From positions 24,304,001-24,368,000 of the forward strand of contig OZ024759.1 in assembly GCA_964016885.1 (NCBI GenBank): a stretch of 64,000 nucleotides of DNA, read 5' to 3'. A program made the translations under genes and the position numbers. Origin of the DNA: Eledone cirrhosa. Lineage: Eukaryota. The notes under the pieces were generated by a model that had not been told where the DNA came from, searched no databases, and worked only from the letters and a program-made list of their open reading frames with translations. Below, in pieces: positions 15,001-28,048 of the stretch (position 1 is its first letter; each line of letters begins with the position of its first letter).

Positions 15001-16560
15001 CTTTACTCCTATGGACGTATAAACCTTTACACTATCTCATATCCATTCCTATATTCGTCTTTCCAAGTCATGTGCTTTCACACTTTGAGCCCAGTTTACT
15101 TCGATATATCTCTATATATCTCTATTTTCCTTTTAACGGAAAACACCATGCTGTCTGGCTATCTCTCTCCCAATCTACCTCATACTCTCTACCTCTTTTT
15201 GAGTAATCCCTTGCTTGTCTTTCAAGTAAGTTGGTCTTTACTCCTATGGACGTATAAACCTTTACACTATCTCATAACCATTCCTATATTCGTCTTTCCA
15301 AGTCATGTGCTTTCACCTTTTGAGCCCAGTTTACTTCGATATATCTCTATATATCTCTATTTTCCTTTTAACGGAAAACACCATGCTGTCTGGCTATCTC
15401 TCTCCCAATCTACCTCATACTCTCTACCTCTTTTTGAGTAATCCCTTGCTTGTCTTTCAAGCAAGTTGGTCTTTACTCCTATGGACGTATAAACCTTTAC
15501 ACTATCTCATAACCATTCCTATATTCGTCTTTCCTAGTCATGTGCTTTCACACTTTGAGCCCAGTTTACTTCGATATATCTCTATATATCTCTATTTTCC
15601 TTTTAACGGAAAACACCATGCTGTCTGGCTATCTCTCTCCCAATCTACCTCATACTCTCTACCTCTTTTTGAGTAATCCCTTGCTTGTCTTTCAAGCAAG
15701 TTGTTCTTTACTCCTATGGACGTATAAACCTTTGCACTATCTCATAACCATTCCTATATTCGTCTTTCCAAGTCATGTGCTTTCACACTTTGAGCCCAGT
15801 TTACTTCGATATATCTCTATATAGCTCTATCTTCCTTTTAACGGAAAACACCATGCTGTCTGGCTATCTCTCACCCAATCTATCTCATACTCTCTACCTC
15901 TTTTTGAGTAATCCCTTGCTTGTCTTTCAAGCAAGTTGGTCTTTACTCCTATGGACGTATAAACCTTTACACTATCTCATAACCATTCCTATATTCGTCT
16001 TTCCAAGTCATGTGCTTTCACACTTTGAGCCCAGTTTACTTCGATATATCTCTATATATCTCTATCTTCCTTTTAACGGAAAACACCATGCTGTCTGGCT
16101 ATCTCTCTCCCAATCTACCTCATACTCTCTAGCACTTTTTTAGTAATCCCTTGCTTGTCTTTCAAGCAAGTTGGTCTTTACTCCTATGGACGTATAAACC
16201 TTTACACTATCTCATAACCATTCCTATATTCATCTTTCCAAGTCATGTGCTTTCACATTTTGAGCCCAGTTTACTTCGATATATCCCTATATATCTCTAT
16301 TTTCCTCTTAACGAAAAACACCATGCTGTCTGGCTATCTCTCTCCCAATCTACCTCATACTCTCTAGCTCTTTTTGAGTAATCCCTTGCTTGTCTTTCAA
16401 GCAAGTTGGTCTTTACTCCTATGGACGTATAAACCTTTACACTATCTCATAACCATTCCTATATTCGTCTTTCCAAGTCATGTGCTTTAACACCTTGAGC
16501 CCAGTTTACTTCGATATATCCCTATATATCTCTATACTCCTTTTAACGGAAAACACCATG
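1..16560. repeat. 235-bp satellite DNA array, ~70 near-identical monomers (234/236-bp variants), runs off the window start
   Basis: Monomer gagtaatcccttgcttgtctttcaagcaag...ctctctacctcttttt recurs every 235 bp (ORF starts 1905, 2140, 2375 etc.). Confidence 0.99.
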
Positions 16561-17360
<800 letters not shown>

Positions 17361-17767
17361 GGCTCTTTATTCGCCTCCACCCGAAATGCAGCCCCATTAA
17401 TTATCACCATGGACACATTATCCATTCTCCCACCCTACACCACTCCACCTCACATTTCTGGCCACGTGTACATGGTGTTGATTTTCGATTACTATGGCAA
17501 TATTTGTGATGGCAGATGGTCACACTTGTGCGAAAGGGTTGTCTGGAATTTCTACAGTCGCTTTTTCACCATATGAACCTCTTTCTTTCGTGTCCACATC
17601 CTCCTTTTACACTACATATCATATATGTATGTATGTATATATATATATACATGTGTATATATATATATGTATATATATATATGTGTGTATATATATGTAT
17701 TTATACATGTGTATATATATATGTACATGTATATATGTATATATATTTATATATATGTGTATATATA

Positions 17768-17816
<49 letters not shown>

Positions 17817-17819
<3 letters not shown>

Positions 17820-18654
17820 ATATATTTAGAAACACACAGATATACATGAATGCATCCACATCCAACCGTGAGTTAATGGTGCCAACCTTACCGATGTTGC
17901 TCGATGAATGACTGGGACAGACCAATCCGGTTGAATTAGACTGAACCAGTATCAGAGCTAAAAGTATATTATGAAGAGCAGTTTAGGAGCAGTCCAGGAG
18001 CAGTTTAGGTATGATACATTTTATTACTAATTATATCTAAATGTTTCTTCTCTCTTCATAATGTACTTTTAGCTCTGATACTGGTTCAGTCTAATTCAAC
18101 CGGATTGGTCTGTCCCAGTCATTCATAGAGCAACATCGCTAAGGTTGGCACCATTAACTCACGGTTGGATGTGGATGCATTCATGTATATGTGTGTGTCC
18201 GCATGTATCTGTGTGTTTCTAAATATATTGTTCATAACTCCCTCTGGTCGAGTAATCTTTGAAGTGTGGTGACTGCTGGAAATCTGCCATTACTCATACT
18301 TCTCGCCCCCTTCACCACCTCTTCTACGGCTTAGATATAAATACCCCCTCCACCTCCGTGGTATTTTCTTCGGGGTTATAAGTGGCTTAGCTCTGTTTCT
18401 TGACCGTTGTATCACGTGACTATCTCCCCTCCGCCTTTTGGGATTCTTTCTCACATCATATAGACGCGTTCTTGAAGCTAGTAAAAGGAGGTATCGACTT
18501 GATAAGTCGGCAGACCTCGCAAAAACTCTATATCCTTATGATGTATTGTTTTTGTTTATGCCACGAAACTACGTAGTCGAGGAATCTAGGAGCAGTTTAG
18601 GTATGATACATTTTATTACTAATTATATCTAAATGTTTCTTCTCTCTTCATAAT

Positions 18655-18659
<5 letters not shown>
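17817..18659 (+). mobile_element. Solo PLE pseudo-LTR-like element: 5' inverted arm, 592-bp unit with 72-bp terminal direct repeat, degenerate HHR
   Basis: IR 17817-17978 vs 18052-18231; direct repeat 17996-18067 = 18588-18659; GAAA-ctacgtag-TC at ~18565-18578; (TA)n on both sides. Confidence 0.65.
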
Positions 18660-18703
<44 letters not shown>

Positions 18704-18705
<2 letters not shown>

Positions 18706-18928
18706 GTTGCGTGGAGGGGGAAGCGGCGGGGGAAGTGTGGAAGTAAAGACGGAAGCCGAGGGGGATAAGGTGGAGGCGGAGGCAGTGGCTGAGGAAATGG
18801 ATGTGGCTGGAGTGCCGGGTTTTAGCGAAGAGAAGGTAGGAGAGTTGAAGGGCAGAGGGGAGATAGCAGGGTGGGGAAAGTTTGAGGCTAGTGTGTAGTT
18901 GGTGGAGAAAGGATCTCAGGCTGGGCAT
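18704..18928 (-). pseudogene. N-terminal fragment of a PLE ORF (tail of the tandem pLTR), truncated by (TA)n
   Basis: MPSLRSFLHQLH...KTRHSSHIHFLSHCLRLHLIPLGFRLYFH resembles the H-x2-FL-x2-C-x4-hhP-x-G N-terminal motif of Neptune-type PLE ORFs; contiguous with the left palindrome arm. Confidence 0.6.
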
Positions 18929-19444
18929 GGTGGGCGTTGGGTGAAAGCAGGGGGAGGGATGAGAAAGCAGGTGTGTGAAGCGGGGTGGGGTTGAACGAAA
19001 GAGTGAGTGCGAAGGATAGGCAGAGACGGGGAAGGGAAAATGAAACAGAAAAACGTAAGGAGGGGGGAGTATACACAGGAAAAATAAAGACAAAAAATCA
19101 TAAAGGTAAAAACACAGGCAATCGTGGACGAAAAATCATAGAAATAAAATCGTAAAAACACAGGCAAAAAATCGTATACAGAAATAAATAAGTACAGTAA
19201 AAAAAATCAAACAAAGGTAATGCGTGGAAGGAAAATAAAAGTGTGGGAAGGTGTGTGGAAAGTTCAGAGAGTGGTCACGGCGGATTAGATCGGGGTTAAG
19301 CCGGTAGTCAGGTTATATTGCAAAGGTATGGAAGCCGTGTGAGCGTGTATTGTATAATGAACAATTGAACGGGAACAAAACAGAGAGGCAGTACAAACAA
19401 ATGTTTATTAATTTCACGCTCTTGAGAGTGGAGTGGGGGTGGGG

Positions 19445-19478
19445 AACGACGTTTCGGGCATGAGCCCTTCTTCAGGTG
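19445..19478 (-). ncRNA. Minimal type I hammerhead ribozyme motif
   Basis: Reverse complement: cac CTGAAGA a gggc tcat gccc GAAA cg TC gtt; stem I only ~2 bp. Confidence 0.7.
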
Positions 19479-21160
19479 AAAAGTGTGTGGGAAGAGAGTT
19501 CAAATGGTGTGTAGGGGAGTGGTGGAGAGACATATAGCAAAAAGGGGGTGAGAGGAAACGGTGCAAATGAAATTAAAAATAAAGGCATGATCAAAATAAA
19601 ATTAAAATGGGGTAAAACAGGTGGTGGAAGAGTGTGGGGCGTGTAGGGGTGGTGGCGGGTGGAGTGGGGAGAGGGAGACGGGGTGTCCGAGCGGGGAGGG
19701 CTGAAGGTGGTGTGTGTATGTAGGTGTACGTGTGTGTGTGTGTGTGTACGTGAAAGCAAGGGTTGGGGGAAGAACAGGGTTGCATGTTCAGGAAGAGGTG
19801 TGTGTGGGGTGGGGTGTAGGTCGGATTGTGTGTGCGTGTGTGGATATAGGGGTGGGGAGAGAGGATTCTGGAGGCTGAATGTGTAAATATGTGGTGGTAC
19901 GCTTGTGTGTGTGTGGTGTTTATGCGTGTTGTGGGTGTAGGTGGCGTGTGGGGAAAAAATTTTTTTTGGGGTGTGTGTGTGGGTGAGTCATAAAGGTAAT
20001 TCCGTAAGAAGGTGTGGTGGAATGCTTAGTAATATCCTTGGATGTGGTGGATTCCGGGATCAAGGTTCACATACGTGTAATCCGTGAAGAGATTGGTCGG
20101 AAGAGGGGAGATGTGGGGTGCGCGCGCAACAGGAAGTGGTCAGAGGGTCAAGGCAGGAGGAGTGTTGTGTGTCTGTGTGTGCGGGGAGGTGGTCAGAGGG
20201 CATAGCAGCAGTAGGGTAGAATGGTAAGTGAAGGTGTGTCAGTGTGTGCGGTGGACAGGGGAGAGGATGGGTAGGTGTGAAAGTTGGAGTGTGGAGGGGT
20301 GTGTGTGTATTAATAGAGGTGTTAGTGGGATGAGTGAGTGTTTGAGAAAGGGTGTGGGTGGAGCGGGGAGAGAAGGGTGTGGGGCCGATAGAGGGAGTGT
20401 AGTGTACTGGTGTGTATGTTTGGTGAAGGGGGTGTTAGTGGGTGTTAGTATACAGGAGGTGGAGAAAGGGTTGAATGCGGGTGTGAGTGGGGGTCAGTGG
20501 TGGTAGGGTGTGTAGAGTGGGAGGTGTAAGAGGGTGTGTGTGTACGTGTGCGTAGGGTTGGGGGTGTTAGTGATGTTAGTTGCGTGTAGGGTGGGTGGTG
20601 TAAGTGGGTGTGGGTGTTCGTGTGCTTGGGGTCAGGGGGTGTTAGTGATGTTAGTTGCGGGGTGGTGGGGTGGATGTGTGGGGGTGAGGGTTAGTGGTGG
20701 TAGTAGGGTGTGTGTTTAGTGTGAGCGCGTGTATATATGTGCCGGTGGGTGTGTGCGTGTGATAAGGAGGGCGGAGGAGAAGAAGGGAGGGATGTTAGTA
20801 TGTTAGTTGGGGAAGGGTGGTCGGATGTGGGGTGGAGGTGTTAGTATTGTTAGTTGTGGGGTGGGCGGTGAAAAGGACGGGTGTGTTAGTGGTGTTAGTG
20901 GGGGATATGTGTGGGGGGAGGGGGGCGGTAGAAGGCTAAAGGAATAAGGGTGGGGAGTTCAGGCCGGGGGGAGTGTGGGTCTGTAAGATGAAGATGGTTC
21001 GTTGTTCAACTCTTAGGAGATTGGCGGGTGTTCCGTGGCATTGGAGTAGGCCATAGACTGTGTGATGGCGTGCGGAATGTCCAGGAGCACCAAAGTGGTG
21101 GGCGATGGGGGAACTACCACCGAGACGAATATCCCGGAGGTGCTCAGTAAATCTGTCCGC

Positions 21161-21403
21161 CAGACTGGACGTCGCCTGGCGGACAGATTTACTGAGCACC
21201 TCCGGGATATTCGTCTCGGTGGTAGTTCCCCCATCGCCCACCACTTTGGTGCCCCTGGACATTCCGCACGCCATCACACAGTCTATGGCCTACTCCAATG
21301 CCACGGAACACCCGCCAATCTCCTAAGAGTTGAACAACGAACCATCTTCATCTTACAGACCCACACTCCCCCCGGCCTGAACTCCCCACCCTTATTCCTT
21401 TAG
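21161..21403 (+). pseudogene. C-terminal part of a PLE GIY-YIG endonuclease (mirror copy 20936-21163 on minus strand)
   Basis: QTGRRLADRFTEHLRDIR...PIAHHF...H...EQRTIFILQTHTPPGLN matches the YIG[EQ]TxRxLxxRxxEH ... E..I..L.T..P.GLN pattern of PLE endonucleases. Confidence 0.88.
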
Positions 21404-22860
21404 CCTTCTACCGCCCCCTCCCCCCACACATATCCCCCACTAACACCACTAACACACCCGTCCTTTTCACCGCCCACCCCACAACTAACAATACTAACAC
21501 CTCCACCCCACATCCGACCACCCTTCCCCAACTAACATACTAACATCCCTCCCTTCTTCTCCTCCCCCTCCTTATCACACGCACACACCCACCGGCACAT
21601 ATATACACGCGCTCACACTAAACACACACCCTACTACCACCACGAACCCTCACCCCCACACATCCACCCCACCACCCCGCAACTAACATCACTAACACCC
21701 CCTGACCCCAAGCACACGAACACCCACACCCACTTACACCACCCACCCTACACGCAACTAACATCACTAACACCCCCAACCCTACGCACACGTACACACA
21801 CACCCTCTTACACCTCCCACTCTACACACCCTACCACCACTGACCCCCACTCACACCCGCATTCAACCCTTTCTCCACCTCCTGTATACTAACACCCACT
21901 AACACCGCCTTCACCAAACACACACACCAGTACTCTACACTCCCTCCATCGGCCCCCACACCCTTCTCTCCCCGCTCCACCCACACCCTTTCTCAAACAC
22001 TCACTCATCCCACTAACACCTCTATTAATACACACACACCCCCTCCACACTCCAACCTTCACACCTACCCATCCTCTCCCCTGTCCACCGCACACACTGA
22101 CACACCTTCACTTACCATTCTACCCTACTGCTGCTATGCCCTCTGACCACCTCCCCGCACACACAGACACACAACACTCCTCCTGCCTTGACCCTCTGAC
22201 CACTTCCTGTTGCGCGCGCACCCCACATCTCCCCTCTTCCGACCAATCTCTTCACGGATTACACGTATGTGAACCTTGATCCCGGAATCCACCACATCCA
22301 AGGATATTACTAAGCATTCCACCACATCTTCTTGCGGAATTACCTTTATGACTCACCCACACACACACCCCAAAAAATTTTTTTTTCCCACATGCCACCT
22401 ACACCCACAACACGCATAAACACCACACACACACGTGCGTACACCCAGATATTTACACATTCAGCCTCCGGAATCCTCTCCCCCCACCCCTCTATCCAAA
22501 CACGCACACACACTCCAACCTACACCCCACCCCACACACACCTCTTCCTGAACATGCAACCCCGTTCTTCCCCCAACCCTTGCTTTCACGTACACACACA
22601 CACACACACGTACACCTACACACACACACCTCCTTCAGCCCTCCCCGCTCGGACACCCCGTCTCCCTCTCCCCACTCCACCCGCCACCACCCCTACACGC
22701 CCTACACCCTTCCACCACCTGTTTTACCCCATTTTAATTTTATTTTGATCATGCCTTTATTTTTAATTTCATTTGCACCGTTTCCTCTCACCCCCTTTTT
22801 GCTATATGTCTCTCCACTACTCCCCTACACACCCTTTGAACTCACTTCCCACACACTTTT

Positions 22861-22894
22861 CACCTGAAGAAGGGCTTATGCCCGAAACGTCGTT
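22861..22894 (+). ncRNA. Minimal type I hammerhead ribozyme motif
   Basis: cac CTGAAGA a gggc ttat gccc GAAA cg TC gtt; AATAAA ~35 nt downstream. Confidence 0.7.
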
Positions 22895-22986
22895 CCCCAC
22901 CACCACCCCACTCTCAAGAGCGTGAAATTAATAAACATTTGTTTGTACTGCCTCTCTGTTTTGTTCCCGTTCAATTTTTCATTATA

Positions 22987-23200
22987 TATATATATATATA
23001 TTATATATGCATGTATGTATATATATTCTTTTATCATTATGTATATATATATTTATATATATGTATGGATACATATATTTTTATATGTATGTATGTATAT
23101 CTATATTTATATATATATATGTATATATATTCATATATATGTATGGATACATATATTTATATATATGTATGTGTGTATGTTTATATATGCAGATATGTGA

Positions 23201-23256
<56 letters not shown>

Positions 23257-23277
23257 TTATATATATTTATTTATATT

Positions 23278-23330
<53 letters not shown>

Positions 23331-23421
23331 ATATTTATATATATATGTATATATACATATATTTATATATATATATGTGTATATATATTTATTTATATAT
23401 ATATATGTATGCATATATATG
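22987..23421. repeat. (TA)n-rich microsatellite
   Basis: Direct reading. Confidence 0.95.
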
Positions 23422-25447
23422 TAACGCTACTGCGGGGTTGTTTTACACCCCGTGGATAGAACAACCCTCAACACCAGGAACACGTTTTGTAGATGTTCCC
23501 GTCTTCCCTCTGTTTATCTTCCTCAACCTACAGGTTTATATACAGAGAAGGCCCATTCACCCGGGCCACTTTCGCCACATGCACCCACCTTTCAGCCAAT
23601 TTACTGGGGTGTAGCACCTCTCTCTCCACTCCCACCTTCCTTCTGAACTGGTACTTAAAGAAGGGGATGAGTTGTTGTCCGGAGAGAAAGGTGCTTGCCC
23701 TCAGTCCTTTTAACCTCGTCGAACTATATTACCTCTTTTGCCATAGCCACCAGACAGAGGAAGACCGCCTCTCCTTCATTCTTAAATGAAGGCGGAGGGG
23801 TGATCCTCACGATGGACTCGGCGAACAACTGGATGAGTCCCACACGTGACAGTAGCTGTTCGACATAATTCCACAGGTCGCTCACCCCTGGGCACTGAAC
23901 AATTGCGTGCAGAACGTTTTCAATGTCCTGCTCGCATCTTGGACAGGTCCTTTTCGCAGGATCTCTGCCAGTGCGTCCGTGCCTGTAGATTTTGTCTCGA
24001 ACTGATAGAGCTCCTCGGTAGCACTTCCAGGTCAGAGACCTCAGGAAGTTATCCATAGGCCCTGGACGGAAAGTCCTCCCGAACAGACTGGTCGGCTTGT
24101 CTTCCTCGATGCCTAGAGTTTCCCCGAGAACGTCGTCGCACTTATCCTCCACTAATCCCCTATAGAATGTCGAAGTGGAGTCTCCGCTGATTGCCGTTTC
24201 CGCTTGGGAGAGTGCTGTGAGCGCCTGAAGTCACATGAGGTGCCCGGCGCCCATTTTCGGTCTTCGCTTGACCCATAACTGCAGCTCTGTTAGTGAGACG
24301 AGTTGTGGAAGAGCTCGTCTCACAAAGAACAGCCACACAGGTTCGCCGGTCAGGAATACCTGGAGATGGCATAGCCTCAGCGCGTGTTTGCGCGTCATCA
24401 GCAACGGCATGCGCAGGCCTCTTTTAGAAGGGTGTTGACAGCAGATGGATCTCCTCACCAATGGACCCTGTTTCTTCCAGAGGAACTTGAAGAGTAGGCG
24501 TTCCATTTTGGTGAGGTATTCGCGGGGACAAGGCACGACTGTCAAGCGGTAATAGATGACGGACGCTATGTAAGTGTTCGCCACCTCCGCTCGACCTTTC
24601 CAGGAGAGTTTGCACTCAGCCCACTTCTGGGTGAGTGCAAACACCTTCGCCCTGACCTCGTTCCAGTTCTTGTCCACCTGGAGGTCTGGACCAAACCAGA
24701 CTCCGAGCAATTTCACTGGTTCTTCCGTCCAGCGTCCAACGACACTGTCGGAAGGCATGGGTTTGCCTCTCCATGTGCCGAGTTGCAAACCGACAGACTT
24801 GTTTGGGTTTAGTCTTGCTCCTCTCAATGTTTCGTATTCCTGTAATAGGTTGCCGATTACCCTGATGTCCGAGGTTTTAGACACCATTACGGTTAGGTCG
24901 TCGGCTAGGCCTGGTTCGATCGGGAACCCTGCAACTTCCGCAGTAATGGATCGAGAGTCAGTACATACAGAATGGAGGAGAGAGGGCACCCCTGGCGGAT
25001 GGAATGCATGATTTGGAATTGCTCCGATAGGTAGCCATTCACCTTGACTGCCGAACAGATGCTGGTGTGCATGGCAGCGATCCAGCCTCTGAAGACGGAA
25101 TCGAAGACGGCCGCCTTGAGAACCGCTTCCAAGTATTGATGGTCGACAATATCAAATGCCTTAGACTGATCTAAATTGATCAGGGCCCCACCGAAGCCAG
25201 GTTTACACCCTACCACCCTCTCTATGGTGTATCGCATGAGGTGGAGGTTGTCGTGTATGGACCTGGTCGGGATTGCACACGTTTGCGCTTCCCCTACCAG
25301 GTTCTCGACGACAAGCGCCAGCCTCACTGCTAACACCTTGGACAAAATCTTTAACTCTGTGTTGAACAGAGTTATGGGCCTGAAATTGCTTATCTGCTCC
25401 CCCTTGTTCTCATCTTTCCTGATCAACGTTACTACGCCTCTGCCTAC
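23422..25447 (-). mobile_element. 5'-truncated, frameshifted Tx1/L1-clade LINE ORF2 (RT plus C-terminal Cys/His motif) with probable 3' UTR
   Basis: NFRPITLFNTELKILSK, QTCAIPTRSIHDNL, LDQSKAFD, RQGCPLS; YADD broken by an apparent 1-nt deletion (gccta-gccgacgac ~24905); KLLGVWF; CPRC..E..LHAIVQC; split over ORFs 24905-25426, 24231-24989, 23724-24152. Confidence 0.9.
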
Positions 25448-25820
25448 AGAACTGATAAATAAACAGATGCGGAGTGGTGATTGATTGTATTTAGTCGATT
25501 GATGGACCCTGTAGTTATTTGTTTTTATTTTTTAAATCTTTATCTTTCGCCCCCCCACCCCCTCCTCCTCCCCACCGCCACCATTCCTACTTTTCCCATC
25601 CCTCCTCCCCCTCACTATTACCAACATTCTTCCCTCCCTCCACTTCTGTCGTAAAGACAAATGCATTCATAAGCACTAATTAGACGCTCAGTCATGCTCT
25701 AATGGCGTCTAGATTTATTGATGCTTTTTCCACGTTCCTCCTCCTCTTCCCTACTCTCATTCACCATTTCCTCTTCATTTTTTTTTTAACACTCATCTCC
25801 CGTTTCATCTATCTCTCTGT

Positions 25821-25824
<4 letters not shown>

Positions 25825-25907
<83 letters not shown>

Positions 25908-25973
25908 AATGTCACACAGACACACACACTGTCTCTCTGTCTTTATTTATCTATCTATCTCTCCGTCTATATT

Positions 25974-26008
<35 letters not shown>

Positions 26009-26139
26009 GCCTGTACGTCTTTCCTTCTTTAGCGATTCCGTCCCCTTGCTTTCCAAGAAAAAAAAAATGTTCATTTAAGACTGGCAGGTGTCGTTTCACT
26101 TGTTGATAAATAGTAGACAACAACAACAACACTACTACA

Positions 26140-26192
<53 letters not shown>

Positions 26193-26240
26193 GGCAGCAA
26201 TAACAACAACAACAACAACAACAACAGCTATAATAACAAC
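25825..26240. repeat. (CT)n, (CTGT)n, (CTA)n and (CAA)n microsatellites
   Basis: Direct reading. Confidence 0.9.
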
Positions 26241-26514
26241 TATTTGCTCTGAGGAAATAGTCTGGAGATCGAGTACACCGGAGGTCTCAATGCCTCAATG
26301 CCTCTTTATAGACCGACACGAAAAGGAAACGATGAGTCAATGCCTGGTATATGATTAAACCCCCTATTTGATACTAAACCGTCTGAACACCCCCACCCCT
26401 CTCCCTGGTTCTGCGAAGAGTTGTTTATCGTAAAGTGTTTATATTCATCTAAAATCCTTTCTATCATAATTTTACGTAAGAAAAGTGTCTAAGTTATGTT
26501 CCAAATACCAGCGC

Positions 26515-26912
26515 AATAATCGTTTCTGATTTAACCACAAGATCAACAAATTTGGGGGAGCGGGAAAGTCAATTACTTTATCTTATCGACCCCCTTACAG
26601 ATAAAAGGTAAAGATAAACTTAGTGGGATTTGAACTCATAATGTAAAGGTCTTTAACTCTATGCTGCAAACCATATCCGACGCCCTTCCGATTCCGCCAA
26701 TCTACCTCCCTAACCAGTTTGATAATTGTTTCTACTTTTGGCACAAGGCCAGCAATTATCCCAGTGTGTTACTGGTACTTTATTGTATCGACCCCGTAAG
26801 GATGAAAGGCAAAGTTAACCTCGGCGGGATTTGAACTCAGACCATAAAGGGCCGTAACTCTTTGCTGCAAAGCATGGTGTCAGACCCTCTACCGATACTG
26901 CTGATCCACCGC
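26515..26912 (-). mobile_element. Two adjacent tRNA-derived SINE copies
   Basis: Reverse complement has A-box-like tggcagtatcggtag, B-box gagttcaaatccc, central ttgcctttcatccttacggggtcgataaaataaagtaccag, tail gtagaaacaattat. Confidence 0.88.
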
Positions 26913-27667
26913 ATGGTTTCTGATTAAGGCGCAGGGTCAAGAATATTTTGAGGAGGGGGGAAAGTCAATTAAATCGTTTGATAATGTAGTCCAAGCAACC
27001 CCTAAAAATATGGAGGGTTTATGGGTAAATGTCTTTGATCATAGTTCTAATGATTACTAAAAACTACAGCAAAAATAACAACGAATTCCCTACTATAATC
27101 TATAACATCGCCAATAATTGCAGCAGCAGCAGCAGCAGCAGAAACAAATGTGAAGGGTAACAGCAGCAGCAACAGCTGTAACGACTACAACAACAACGAA
27201 ATACTTACTAACAACAACAACAACAACAACATTAGGAATGTGTGTAACGGGCAAAGCTTGGACTTAAACAAACAGCTAGCGAGAGGGAGAGGCTTCGGTT
27301 GACAGCTAAGCTATGGTGCATTACTATCATAATACCACTGACCGGAACTAGTAGTACTCCAGCTGTTTGACCCTTTCATTGCTTCCTGTACAGATGAAAC
27401 TAAGGAACATCAACGTTGTCTCTCGACCCCGGAGCTATATGTATGGATGGATGGATCCATAACAACTAGGGTTGTAGTGGCGCCGTCGTCACATACGGGG
27501 TATGGATTGATCAATTTTTGTGGGGTTGGGGGCTGTTCGCTTTGTAGATATGGGCTCAACTGTAATACAGGAATGGATATACGTCCACAAAGCTGTATGT
27601 ATTTCATTTGTTTGAGTCCCAACCGAGGGACTGAGGTCTTGCTGGGGCACCGATACCTATATATATA

Positions 27668-27791
27668 TAATGATTTCACCTGAATGAAACAATTCTAGTC
27701 CTGTAGAAGCCATTTCTATATTGAAAATTTATACTCTGCTATGTATTGAGTACCTTACTTACTGTGGTTACCCCCGATTGAACCCGGGATA

Positions 27792-27793
<2 letters not shown>
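27668..27793 (+). mobile_element. Short dispersed element family X (HHR-bearing pLTR-like fragment)
   Basis: Homologous to 31953-32110, 33907-34096 and 57897-58040 (aatgaaacagttctagtcctgtag...gattcaacccggaataac). Confidence 0.75.
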
Positions 27794-27857
<64 letters not shown>

Positions 27858-28011
27858 TATGCGTGTATATATATACTCACACACATATTTTTATGTTACT
27901 TTTCTGAGCCGCCGAACTGTGGCCATGCTAGGATACACACACATATATATATATATGATCATAGTATAATAAACCTTTTAGGGAATTACACCAGTCCAGG
28001 ATCCTGTTATT

Positions 28012-28046
<35 letters not shown>

Positions 28047-28048
<2 letters not shown>

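Larger units (their letters stand above)
19353..22986. mobile_element. 3.6-kb palindrome of a 5'-truncated Penelope-like retroelement (two ~1.81-kb arms, 12-nt spacer 21164-21175)
   Basis: Mirror ORFs 20936-21277(-)/21062-21403(+); mirrored HHRs and poly(A) signals; coordinates sum to ~42339. Confidence 0.95.

Noticed and set aside
1-16560. CRISPR-like array
   Set aside because: No unique spacers, 235-bp units, no cas genes, eukaryotic context
21062-21160. N-terminal 33 aa of ORF 21062-21403
   Set aside because: Antisense of the mirrored arm; not part of the real endonuclease
19353-22986. Palindrome as a sequencing or assembly fold-back artefact
   Set aside because: Arms carry many substitutions and have asymmetric, PLE-consistent outer ends; read-level confirmation is still advisable
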